From the NCBI RefSeq assembly GCF_009914755.1, contig NC_060929.1: DNA of 64,000 nt; one strand, given 5' to 3'. Under the pieces are notes generated by a model. It searched no databases and was not told the origin of the DNA. It saw only the letters and a program-made list of their open reading frames with translations. Positions 49,572-62,050 of the stretch are shown one piece after another. A program made the translations under genes and the position numbers. Source of the stretch: the human T2T-CHM13v2.0 reference genome, Homo sapiens. Numbering within the stretch: the stretch's first letter is position 1; the number at the start of each line of letters is the position of its first letter.

Positions 49572-49764
49572 ATACTCTTTTGAATACTCTTCAAAAGAGT
49601 ACTCTTTTGAAAACTCTTCAAAAGAGTACTCTTTTGAAAACTCTTCAAAAGAGTACTCTTTTGAAAACTCTTCAAAAGAGTACTCTTTTGAAAACTCTTC
49701 AAAAGAGTACTCTTTTGAAAACTCTTCAAAAGAGTACTCTTTTGAATACTCTTCAAAAGAGTAT
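49572..49764. repeat. Palindromic minisatellite, 7 x 27 bp (ACTCTTTTGAA-[A/T]ACTC-TTCAAAAGAGT)
   Basis: Units start at 49574, 49601, 49628, 49655, 49682, 49709 and 49736; each unit is an 11-bp inverted repeat around a 5-nt loop. Confidence 0.98.
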
Positions 49765-50131
49765 TATGTATATTTATTATGTATGATGAAAGGTATATGA
49801 AAGGAATGTATTGTGAAACTAATATCGGTTTATTACACTTCCTGTAAGAACTAGCATGACCACTCTTTTACTCTAAATATGCCAACCGCCTTGGCTATTC
49901 AGGTTTCAGTAGTAGTTAAAATTCTATAAGAATTTCATTTGTTTTTAGATGCAAGGAAAGCCCTTCTGAATGTACCTTCAACAGAAATATCAGCCATTTG
50001 TTTAGGAATACTGATATGATGTAATCTGTCTAGATTTTCTGACATAGTTTGATATTTATGTTTTGAAGATCCTGAATTGCATGTAGTTTGTCCTAAATGT
50101 TTTGTTTTGAACACAATGTATTTAGCTTTGA

Positions 50132-50431
<300 letters not shown>

Positions 50432-50725
50432 CACGTTGATTCTTTAAAACAATTTTTTTTCTTTGATTCCTAAATACCCACTTCTTGACAAAAGTTTATT
50501 TCTCTGTTCTGCGTTATCTGTCAGCCATCTGTATTATTTATATAGATACATTTTAATTCCTCTATAGGGAAAGCAGGTTGGGTGGCTCCACAGCGATATC
50601 ATTTTCAAGTTAGTAAGCCTAGTTTTGTTGTCCTTTTCTTACTTATTCCCATCCTTACCTCTTTCCCATAGCTGGATTATTAATTTTTCTTACCCTGATA
50701 CTTACTGTCATAATTTGGTGTATTC

Positions 50726-51037
50726 TTTTTTTTTTTTTCTTCTTTTTCTGTTTTTGAGATGGAATCTAGCTCCGTCGCCTGGGCTGGAGAGTGTGGTGGT
50801 GTGCTCTTGGCTCACTGTAACCTCTGCCTCTCAGGTTCAAGCGATTCTCCTGCCTCAGCCTCCCGAGGAGCTGGGATTACCGGTGCCCGCCACCATGCCC
50901 AGTTAATTTTTGTATTTTTAATAGAGACAGGGTTTCATTGTGTTGGCCAGGCTGGTCTCGAACTCCTGACCTTGTAACCTACCCTCCTTGGCCTCCCTAA
51001 GTACTGGGATTACAGGCGTGAGCCACCATGCCAGGCC
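50726..51037 (-). mobile_element. AluS
   Basis: Dimer; gtgtattctt on both flanks. Confidence 0.9.
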
Positions 51038-51346
51038 AATTCTGTGTATTCTTATGCTACACTATCCTCATCACTAAGCAAGATGTATTGAACTTTTCTT
51101 ATAATTTGGCCTGGCATAATTTATCATATCGAATTTATTCTTAGCCCTTCTCTACTCTTCCACTCTCTCTCTTCTACCTCCTTTCTGTCTTCCTCCCCCA
51201 CTTTTCCTCTCTCATGCTTTTTCCTTTACCCATTCTCCTCCTCCTTCATCTCACTTAACACAAATATTAATCCAGAGCATATTCCTGTAAAGTTTTATAG
51301 AAATATTGATTTATTTGGGTGTTGATTGCCAGAAATGTGTTAGTCA

Positions 51347-51666
<320 letters not shown>

Positions 51667-52615
51667 CTTTTTGAAAGCCTTAGGAAATTATGAATTGACT
51701 CTTACTGTCCCTTAATAACATAAACTAATTGTTTTTCTTATATTTAAAAATGTCACCTGTTTTAGTTTCTTGTTTTGACTCATGAGCTTTGTGTTATTGT
51801 ATTTATTGATTATGCTAATAACTTTCAGATTTTTAATGTTTTTTAGAATAATTTCTTTTTGATAGCAGAATAAAATTTTGATATTTTAGTTAGCCAACTT
51901 AAGCAAACTAGTGAGAGAGTACTTAAAACCAAGAAAAGCGAATAATTGTTTCCATTTAGCCTGAATTATGAGTTTCTATAATTCAAGAGAGAGAGATAGA
52001 CACTACTTTTTTTAATGTAAATATTATAAATTGCTAATGTTGTATTGTTTGGAGAAGCAGATCAGGGCCAGATATTTTTCAAAATCATTACAGATTTTGC
52101 ACTTTCAATGAATTGTTTTTTTTACTTTATTTAAAGTTATTTCTCTGACCTGTTGGTCCATATGTTTTCTCTTCATCTAGTTCAGCTCCTTCTGTTAGGA
52201 TGTATCTTATGAGCTACAGGGCACACCTCTCCAGAACTCTCAGTTTAAAGTCAAATATGAGAGTCTACCTGGTAAGCTGTATGTCTATAGTTGACACTTT
52301 TCCTTCTTATTTTTCTGCTGTTTCAAATATTTAAATTATATACACTTTGCTGACCAAACATAAATTAAACTTTATTAGTTATTGCTAATTCCTACCATAA
52401 TTTCTTCAAGTTATGCAACTGCATATTCCAAATTATAAATGAGCCTATCTAATATGCTTCAATAGTTCTTTATAAAAAAGAGACTAGGCCTCTTTGTTAG
52501 CAGCTAGAAGCTTTGTGACATTTGGAATCACTGGGCCTTCACTGGGCCTTCCCTGGACATCCTATTAGCTATTCGTCATTTATTTTATTACATGAACAGG
52601 GCTTGCAGAAGCAGA

Positions 52616-52800
52616 TTTTTTTTTTTTTTTTTTTTTTAAGAGACAGAGTCTTGCTCTGTCACCCAGACAGATTGCACTAGTGCAATAATAGCCCACTGCA
52701 GCCTTAAACTCCTGGGTTCAAGCTGTCCTCCTTCTCCAGCCTCTTGAGAAGCTAGGACTATAGGTGCAGACCACCAAGAAGCCAATCTTGAAGAAAAAAA
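52616..52800 (-). mobile_element. Alu right arm (AluJ/FRAM-like)
   Basis: Poly-T, then gagacagagtcttgctctgtcaccc...; left arm absent. Confidence 0.8.
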
Positions 52801-53884
52801 TACAAGTCAAAGCTTGGCTGAGCCGGTCATGTGGTACACCTATGACTGGCAGGTTCATGTATATGTCATTATTACTGAGTCAACTGCATTCTTTTCTTAA
52901 TTCCATGAAAAGCAGTCTACTATACATACTGTCAGGGGAAATCTACTAAGAAGATGACTGTGATTGGCTATTACAGACTTGCCATGTCTCGTTTCACTGG
53001 TATTACAGGAAAAAAGAAATTTCTTTAAATAATACTTTAAGTGCCACGAAGACGGGACAATTTGTACTTCTTGGTATCCTCTATCCTCTCTCTCAAAGTG
53101 CTAGAAAAATGGACCGATCTAACTAATATAGAAAACCGAGGGATAAGATTATTTTGGTCAGTCTATAAATCCATATTTTTGAATTCTTTTAGAAATAAAG
53201 TCTTCCTCATCGATATCACAGAGATGGTATACACTATGCTAAAACAGCTGTTTAATTTAAATTGCATAAAATATTTAGTTAAGCTATATAGCCAAAACAC
53301 ATGCTAACAACAAATAAGGTTAGCCACCTTGGTGGGGAAATGGAGTGATAGTTCTCTAGAATCAGGAAGAATTCATTTGTGGCAGCTGCTTTGTTGGCAT
53401 GGTGCTAAAGCTTGTTTTATCCCCAACAAGGACAGGATCTGGTGTAGGAGGGTCTCAGCAACAGGCCATGTCGTTATGAGGGTTATTTTTATAAAATAGG
53501 TCTCATTGTATTGGCAAAGCTTAATCCTCTGGTGGGTAGAATCCCTTTTATTATAGTTCATATTGTGACTTACTGCTTTTTAGTAGTAAATTAGAAAGGT
53601 TCTCTGTTGATTTAACATAAAGATAGCATCTGAAATTGTAAGCAGTTTTGCTATTTATGTAAATATTGTTTCATGTGTTATTGTGGAAAAGGAAGAAAGA
53701 ACTTGTGGATTTAGAGAATTAAGGTTGAAGGAAATAGTGGCAAGGAAAAAAGAGGCATTTGAGGTATTCCATGATGCTGTCTCATGGTCCTGGGGTCTAC
53801 ATATGAGGAGGTGACACCAAATGCATGTTAAAATTTTATGTCATTAAGTGAAAATTTTTCTTTGTTTTTTAAAATGACATACTA

Positions 53885-54181
53885 GGCTGGGCGCGGTGGC
53901 TCATGCCTGTTATCTCAGCACTTTGGGAGGCCAAGGCAGGTGGATCACTTGAGGCCAGGTGTTCGAGACCAGCCTGGTCAACATGGTGAAACCCCGTCTC
54001 TATTAAAATATAAAAATTAGCTGGGTGTGGTGGCACATGCCTGTAATCCCAGCTACTTGGGAGGCTAAGGCGCAAAAATTGCTTGAACCGGGAGGCAGAG
54101 GTTGCTGTGAGCCAAGATAACACCATTGTGCTCCAGCCTGGCTGACAGAGTGAGACTGTGTGTCTCAAAAGAAAAAAAAAA
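53885..54181 (+). mobile_element. AluSx/Sz-like
   Basis: Dimer; TSD taaaatgacat. Confidence 0.92.
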
Positions 54182-54256
54182 GTAAAATGACATCCTAGAA
54201 AAATCAGAAAACTTAGATCCTGCAAGTTAATTAATGGCTTTGAGGCTTAATTCTCT

Positions 54257-55900
54257 CTTTTTTTTTTTTTTAATTGATCATTCTTGGGTGTTTCTCCCAG
54301 AGGGGGATTTGGCAGGGTCACAGGACAATAGTGGAGGGAAGGTCAGCAGATAAGTGAACAAAGGTCTCTGGTTTTCCTAGGCAGAGGACCCTGCGGCCTT
54401 CCGGCCTTCCGCAGTGTTTGTGTCCCTGGGTACTTGAGATTAGGGAGTGGTGATGACTCTTAACGAGCATGCTGCCTTCAAGCATCTGTTTAACAAAGCA
54501 CATCTTGCACCACCCTTAATCCATTCAACCCTGAGTGGACACCGCACATGTTTCAGAGAGCACAGGGTTGGGGGTAAGGTCACAGATCAACAGGATCCCA
54601 AGGCAGAAGAATTTTTCTTAGTACAGAACAAAATGAAAAGTCTCCCATGTCTACCTCTTTCTACACAGACATGGCAACCATTCGATTTCTCAATCTTTTC
54701 CCCACCTTTCCCCCCTTTCTATTCCACAAAACTGCCGTTGTCATCATGGCCCGTTCTCAATGAGCTGTTGAGTACACCTCCCAGACGGGGTGGTGGCCGG
54801 GCAGAGGGGCTCCTCACTTCCCAGTAGGGGCGGCCGGGCAGAGGCGCCCCTCACCTCCCGGACGGGGCGGCTGGCCGGGCGGGGGGATGACCCCCCCACC
54901 TCCCCCCGATGGGGCGGCTGGCCGGGCGGGGGGCTGACCCCCCCACCTCCCTTCCGGACGGGGCGGCTGGCCGGGCGGGGGGCTGACCCCCACCTCCCTC
55001 CCAGATGGGGTGGCTGCCGGGCGGAGACGCTCCTCACGTCCCAGACGGAGTGGCTGCCGGGCGGAGGGGCTCCTCACTTCTCAGACGGTGTGGCTGCCGG
55101 GCGGAGGGGCTCCTCACTTCTCAGACGGGGCGGTTGCCAGGCAGAGGGTCTCCTCACTTCTCAGACGGGGCGGCCGGGCAGAGACGCTCCTCACATCCCA
55201 GACGGGGCGGCAGGGCAGAGGCGCTCCCCACATCTCAGACGATGGGCGGCCTGGCAGAGACGCTCCTCACTTCCTAGATGGGATGGCGGCCGGGCAGAGA
55301 CGCTCCTCACTTTCCAGACTGGGCAGCCAGGCAGAGAAGCTCCTCACATCCCAGACGATGGGCGGCCAGGCAGAGACGCTCCTCACTTCCCAGACGGGGT
55401 GGCGGCCGGGCAGAGGCTGCAATCTCGGCACTTTGCGGGGCCAAGGCAGGCAGCTGGGAGGTGGAGGTTGTAGCGAGCCGAGATCACGCCACTGCACTCC
55501 AGCCTGGGCACCATTGAGCACTGAGTGAACGCGACTCCGTCTGCCATCCCGGCACCTCGGGAGGCCGAGGCTGGCAGATCACTCGTGGTTAGGAGCTGGA
55601 GACCAGCCCGGCCAACACAGCGAAACCCCGTCTCCACCAAAAAAAATACGAAAACCAGTCAGGTGTGGCGGCTTGCGCCTGCAATCGCAGGCACTCGGCA
55701 GGCTGAGGCAGGAGAATCAGGCAGGGAGGTTGCAGTGAGCCGAGATGGCAGCAGTACAGTCCAGCTTTGGGTCGGCATCAGGGGGAGACCGTGGAAAGAG
55801 AGGGAGAGGGAGACGGTGGGGAGAGGGAGACCGTGGGGAGAGGGAGAGGGAGAGGAGGGAGAGGGAGAGGAGGGAGAGGGAGAGGAGGGAGAGGGAGAGC
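54257..55900 (-). mobile_element. Full-length SVA (SVA_D-like): hexamer, Alu-like, VNTR, SINE-R, poly-A
   Basis: All domains are present in order; perfect 15-bp TSD gaggcttaattctct at 54242-54256 and 55901-55915; CpG-rich. Confidence 0.96.
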
Positions 55901-57234
55901 GAGGCTTAATTCTCTTATCCATCAAATGTGGACAAGTTAGATCTTTTTACAGGAAAATTAGCTCTTAAGACTGCAGATAGAAAAAAATTTTTACTTCCTT
56001 TCCTAAGATGAAATTGTGAGACTCCCCTTGGTATGACAATTATATAGGATCCAATAAAATTCATGATATCAAAAAGAATGAAGTTATCCATTTATACTGT
56101 TAGTTGCAGTTTTCACTTACAGCCTTTTTTTAAGAAACCTTTTTTCATTTGAGTACTTCTGGATTACAGTTTTAAAAAGAGTTTTTCTATTTATGTTAAT
56201 TGATACTTTTCTAGTTATTTTATTTCAAAGGCACCTTAAGTACAGCTCATATTTTTACGCATAAACATTTGTAGTTACTTACGTAGCTAAGATTCAAATA
56301 CAAAATAAGTTATTACAGAGCCTTTTAGAAATACCATTATAATAAACTTAACCACTTTACATGACATTTTATATAACAACAAAAGATGAAGATCTTACAG
56401 ATCTTGTTCTTTCTGAGTGTTTCAATAGTGGCAAATTCACTTTAGTATTATAAGGTGGGAATAAGAAGGAACTGTTAATATTACTGTAGTTTTTGTGGGT
56501 TTGAAATACTGTAAGCTCTGTAGAGAGCTTACAGTTAATCAAAAATTTATTGTGTTGTCAGCACAATTCAGAGATATTCTTCTGGATATGTAAAATTCTA
56601 AAGTCTAAATAAACGTTACAAAGCATTTGACAATCTTGACAAACTCCTTTTAAGGTCTTTTAAAAATCCCTTTTTTCTTCTCTTCTTTTTTGCTGCTTAA
56701 TGTAAGACTGCTTTTGTGTCATTAGTAACTGAGCTGGTGAAATAGTTTAGCTGGTAGACATATTTTGCTGCAAAAGTCATTCCCTTTTGATCTTAACAAG
56801 ATGAGCTGTAGTCATTTATCGTTAGAGTCTGTTATCTTGATGAAAGAAGAACCTTGAGTAGATTTATTTTATTACACATCAACTTGATGTGTGAAATTAC
56901 TTATGTTGTCTGTATTTACAACTGTTAATTCCCAGGAAAACAGGTGTCTTTATATTATGTAGTCCCCTGGAATTTAAACATTTTTTTTAAATGGGTTCAT
57001 CAAGATGTCAAAATCTTCAATTGTTTAGTGTCATTTCTATGTTTTGAAAAGTTGTTAGAAGCCTGTGGATATTTAGATTATTAGAGTAACCCTTCAGGGG
57101 ATAATATTTTAGAAAATAATAGGGAAGGCAGTTTATAAATAGAAGATTTGAATGTGTTCAGCATATTAGATATGGAATCAGTACTTACTTGCTTTTTAGG
57201 AATTCATGTAATTAAGAAAAATATTAGTATTACT

Positions 57235-57452
57235 TGCTTTTACAACAACTTTATTGAGATACAATTCACATACCATAAAATTTACCCTTTCAAGTATACA
57301 ATTCAGTGTTTTTTAGTATACTCACAGAGTTGTGCAACCATCATCTAGTTTTTAGAATAGTTTCATCTCTCCAAAATGAAACCCTGTATTCCTTAGCAGT
57401 CACACGCCATTTTCCCTTTACTCCAGTCTGTAGCAACCACTAATTTACTCTG
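57235..57452 (-). mobile_element. L1MB/MC 3' end fragment
   Basis: ctttattgagatacaattcacataccataaaatttaccc...cacagagttgtgcaaccatca. Confidence 0.75.
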
Positions 57453-60024
57453 AATTTTAAAATGATGCATTAAAGGTGAAACGAATAATAATTTAGTACA
57501 CTGATTCTTCCTGTTAACGAAATTATGTAATTAAATGCTATATGCATTAAATACTTGTTAGTAGTATGTTACTAAAGTTTTATTTTCCTCCTGTGATAAG
57601 TAATAGCTTATCATCACTGTGTACTTTAATTAGGTATGATAGTATATCATTAATTACCCAGTATTATTTAGTAAGAGCTTGTTGAATCTACCTCTTGTTT
57701 TTGTTTTGAAAATTTGAGATAATTTTTTTTTCTTTAACCCCCAAATCGGGACAAATACAATGAACTTAATCGTATTTTTTCTTTGCTTAGAATACTTTTC
57801 CTTCATGGTACAAACAACTATTTATATAGTAATTATAATAGAAATAATGTTTACTTTTAAAATAAACTTTGCAATTTTTCTCAGTCTTAGAAACACCCCA
57901 TTTTTGCACACAAGTAATTGGCATTTTACAGATCATGCTTATTTATTTCCTGGAACAAACTCTCAAGATCCTTGATAGCTGTGCTACTTGATTGTTTGAA
58001 TGACTAGTGAATTAGCAATTAGAAAGCTGCAAGGCTAATACATAAGGCCTGGTTTTGCCTCGTTTAATCCAAGGGTTGAGAGTAAGGAGGTAAAGGGAAT
58101 ATTTTTTGACATTTGCACTTGGACCAAAGATTCTGTTAGTGAGGAGATATGCTGTATAGTTCACCAGGGATTTAGTTCAGAGGAGAACTGTCAGAATCAT
58201 CCTAAGAGTGTTATTAGATTTCTGGGAGAAAGACATGTCTAAGGAAAATCACTATAAGGCTTCTCTGACTCATTTTGGGAAGTGAAGTCAGAACCTGGGG
58301 TCTCCAAAATTAATAATAGTATGGTAGTTGTTACTGTGACTATTCCTAATAAGCTGTTTTCTCAATTTTCTCCCCAGACATAGAAATCAAGATATTAGTT
58401 TTTATTTGTAAATAAATGAGTGCTGAAACAGTGCCCTTGCTGGATATTGATAAAAGATACCTGGAGTCTGGATCAACTGGGCTCATGGAAAATGAGTATC
58501 ATCACACACATAGTCATCACACCACAACTTTTATTGTGGTACACAAAAATATAACCTAAATCCATGGTCTCAGGAGCATGCTTATATATAGATACACATG
58601 CTAGATTTTATAATAGCTCTCAGAGGAAGAATGGGTTTCACTTTACAAAATTTTGTTCTGCCCACAGAATTTTAAGAATAAATCTCTTGTATAACTTGAT
58701 GCTCTTATGTAAAATTAAAAGAAATGAAAAACTAAACGATTTAAAAATAACAAAATAGCTTCTGATAAGAAGTGCTAACAATATAATCTGGTTTTGAGTT
58801 TTTTGTTCTTATGTTAACTCTTTTTTTCCATGCTAGATAACTCCATGAGCAACCCCCCAAAGATGCATTGTATTGCTGTGTCTCATGGGCTTTTTCACTG
58901 AGTTTGGACATGAGTTTTGAGCATGGCTACAGAAGACTTCTTTTACTGCTCCCAGTTATCATGCCTGGCTTGTGTAATTGGGTAGTCATCATAAAAAAAA
59001 GGGGAGGGGGGAGATTTTTTTAACCTTTGAAAGTGATACCCTTTTCAGCCTTGGCAGATCGCAGTGTTCTATCTTTGTCTCTAAAATCCACATCGGAAAT
59101 GCTAAGAGTTCCCAAGCTGGAGTTAGGAGAGGTCGTTGTCAGGAGGATCCTGTAGCACTTTTCAGAAATTAGAGGGTCATCCAGCAAAACTAGGCCACAT
59201 AGTCTAAGGATCAAGTGCACCCAGTAATATCACTTGGATTTGAAGATCTGCATGCTTTTAAGCTTATCTGTTATTTGGTCTGGTTTCTATTTACCTATTC
59301 AAGTCCAGCACAGTTTTTGTAGTTGCTGAAAAATACCTCACTGATATCAGTTTGCATAAATAAAAGTTTTCATCTAATTTTCTTTTCAGTAGGTTGCCAG
59401 GTTTATGTGTATTTGCCATAGGACCTCCTCATTTAGCCCTACCCACCCATCCACCCACCTGGCTCCTTCTTGTGGTACAGGGGTGTAGTGAGTGATTCTG
59501 TGAATTTTTTAGGAGAATTTTATCTCTGTAGCAGGTGTGTGGGAAGTGTTTGGCAGGTGTGGTGTTTGGGAAGTGGCAGCTGTTGAGAAGGTCTATGACC
59601 TGGTCCTTACCTTAAGTTTTATAAATGCAGGTTAAAAAATACATATTTAAAAGATCTAACTTTGGTTTAGCCCCTGTTTATTTTAATTGAATCCTTTCAC
59701 CAGTAATTCAATGGATTGTCTTATTAACTTTCTCAGGTCTTGTTGAGAGCACTCACAGTGAATAAACAAGAATGCACTATATTACAATCACTGTTCTCTG
59801 AAATCAGTGGGGCAAGGCACCACAATAAAGTTATTTATCAAGTGTAAATCTTAACCTTTGTTCTGATCATGGCATGTTTTTTACAATATTCTTCTCTCTT
59901 TATAATACACTGAGTGTTACTGAACTTTCTGCTGTATGAGAATCATAATTGTGAATATCTTATATGGAATTGTACTGCTCAAGATAGATGCCTGTGTAGG
60001 GTCAGGTAGGTACTAAGCAGTGAG

Positions 60025-60570
60025 TGGGATATTGATTGTAAAAATGACTTTGATTATTTCCCTCCTGTATCTATGCCCCTTGCAATATAACTCTGTAGAG
60101 GTAGAGTCTGTTTCCTTACTTCTTGAATCTGGACTGGCCTTATAACTTGCTTTGGCTGATAGAAGTGGCAGAAGTGATGGTATGTCAATTATGAAACTAA
60201 GCCCAAAGAGCTGTGTGCATCTCTGCTCATGGAGCACCCTGCCTAACCTACATGAGAATAGGTTGAGCTAGCCTGCTGGATATGTTCTCACCAGTCACCC
60301 CATCCAAGAGCTAGCCAGCCACAATATATACATGAGGGAGGCCATTCTGGATAAGCCAGTCTTAGCCAATCTGTCAGGCTATTTCAGAATTATGACAAAG
60401 CATAATTAGGAGAATTATGTCAACCTGTCAGGCTATTGCAGAATTATGAGAAAGCATAGCCAAAATGAAAGTTCTAGCTGACTTGTAGAGTTAAGAGCAA
60501 GAAATGTTTATTGTTTTAAGCTACTAGGTTTGGGGTAGTTTATTAATGCATCAGTGTCTAACTTCTACAT
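60025..60570 (+). mobile_element. Old MLT1 (G-like) LTR
   Basis: Similar to 34500-35010; ends tgttttaagctactaggtttggggtagttt. Confidence 0.6.
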
Positions 60571-60899
60571 AATGATTGGTCTTAGAATGTGTGTCCTTGG
60601 AAGGGGTGGGAAGTCACTTGCTGCTTTCTCAGAAAATTGTCCTGAATGATATTTTTGCAAAATTAGTGAATCAAACACAAAAATAATTTATTTCTATGGT
60701 TGTTTGCTACCCTCAAGTGTTTGTTGAATTAAATTGCCCTCTTGCAAATAATCGTTTTTGTTGTTGTTTTAATGTCCTTTGATAATAGCATTTCATATAT
60801 TATTTGTTCTATTGATCTTATTAAAAGGGGAAACCACAGGACGTCCCTTGTCATCTTGTACTCCTTTTTCATTCTTGCGTGCTCAATGTTTTGATGAAG

Positions 60900-62050
60900 T
60901 GTGTTAAGACTTATTTCCTCATTTGTTTAGTCATACCACAAATTGCTTTTGACCATTCAAAATATGCATAGGCACCTTGCCTAGGGCTTTTGTGAGCTTA
61001 CAGTCTAGGAAGATACTGGCTACTAAACAGCAAGGTAAAATACAGTGGAATAGAAATTCTAATGATAGGAACACATAAGAGGAAGCAATTGAGGGATCAG
61101 TGTTCCCCTGAAGAAGTGATATATAATTTTAGGCCTAAAGGATGGATTGGGAATTGTAGAAAAGGGGCAGAAATAGCATTTTATGCATGAAAAATGTATG
61201 TAGAAAGACCTAAAGGCAAGATAACTGTGTAATTATGGCTGGAAATACAGAAGAAATAGGGACTAATAGTAAGAGACGAGTTCAGAGTATGATTAGAAAC
61301 CAGGTTATGCAAGATGCTATAAGACATACTATTGTGGAGGGTAGACTGAAAGGAAGCAACACTAGAGGCAGGGAGGCCAATTAGGAGGGCATTGCAGTAA
61401 TTTATACTAGAGGCGATGGGACCATAGATTGGGGCACTAGCAGTTGGGGTAAAGAGAAGTAGGTGAATTCTAGTGAAAGGCAAAATTGACAGGACATAGG
61501 GTCTGACTCAATGGTGAGTATAATGGAGATAGAGGAATCAAGGATGGTGTTCAGGTTTTTGGCTTGGACAGCTGGCTAGATGATTCACTGAGGTGGAGGG
61601 GTATCACAGCAGGAGGGGGCTTTAGGAGGAAGACAATGTAATTTTCAAAGTGTCAAGTTTGAAGTATATGAGAAACTTTTAAGAAGTGCCAGAAGATAGC
61701 TAGTTTTTTGCCTCTGAAACTCAGAAAATATCTGTTCTGATAGCTTTGAGAGTCATAAGTATTTGATAATTGAAATCAGGGGAAGGGGATGAGATCAACC
61801 AGGCAGGGAGCTTTTCACTTTTGAGAAAAGGACCCAAGACTGAATCCTGAGGAAATGACGATATTTAAGAGACAAAGAAGAGTCCACAGAGTGCTAAGAT
61901 CAACCAAGAAATAGGAGGAAAACTGAGAGTACTGTCACAGAACTAAGAGAATGTGTCAAAGATCTGAGAATAGTTATCAAGATCAATGGCTGCTATGAGG
62001 CCAAGTAAAGTGATGTCTGAAGAAATGTCTTTTGGTTTTAGTAACATGTT
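60900..62050. mobile_element. L2 fragments
   Basis: gagcttacagtctag, gcagggaggccaattaggagggcattgcagtaat and aggtttttggcttggac motifs typical of L2. Confidence 0.6.

Noticed and set aside
49499-49786. Repetitive ORFs on both strands (KSTLLKSFQ / KSTLLKTLQ repeats) and CRISPR-like palindromic repeats
   Set aside because: The 27-bp palindromic unit is a multiple of 3, which explains both ORFs; they use non-ATG starts. There are no unique spacers and no cas genes, and the context is a primate intron.
54447-55968. ORFs up to 227 aa and an apparent CpG-island promoter
   Set aside because: Entirely inside the SVA bounded by TSDs.
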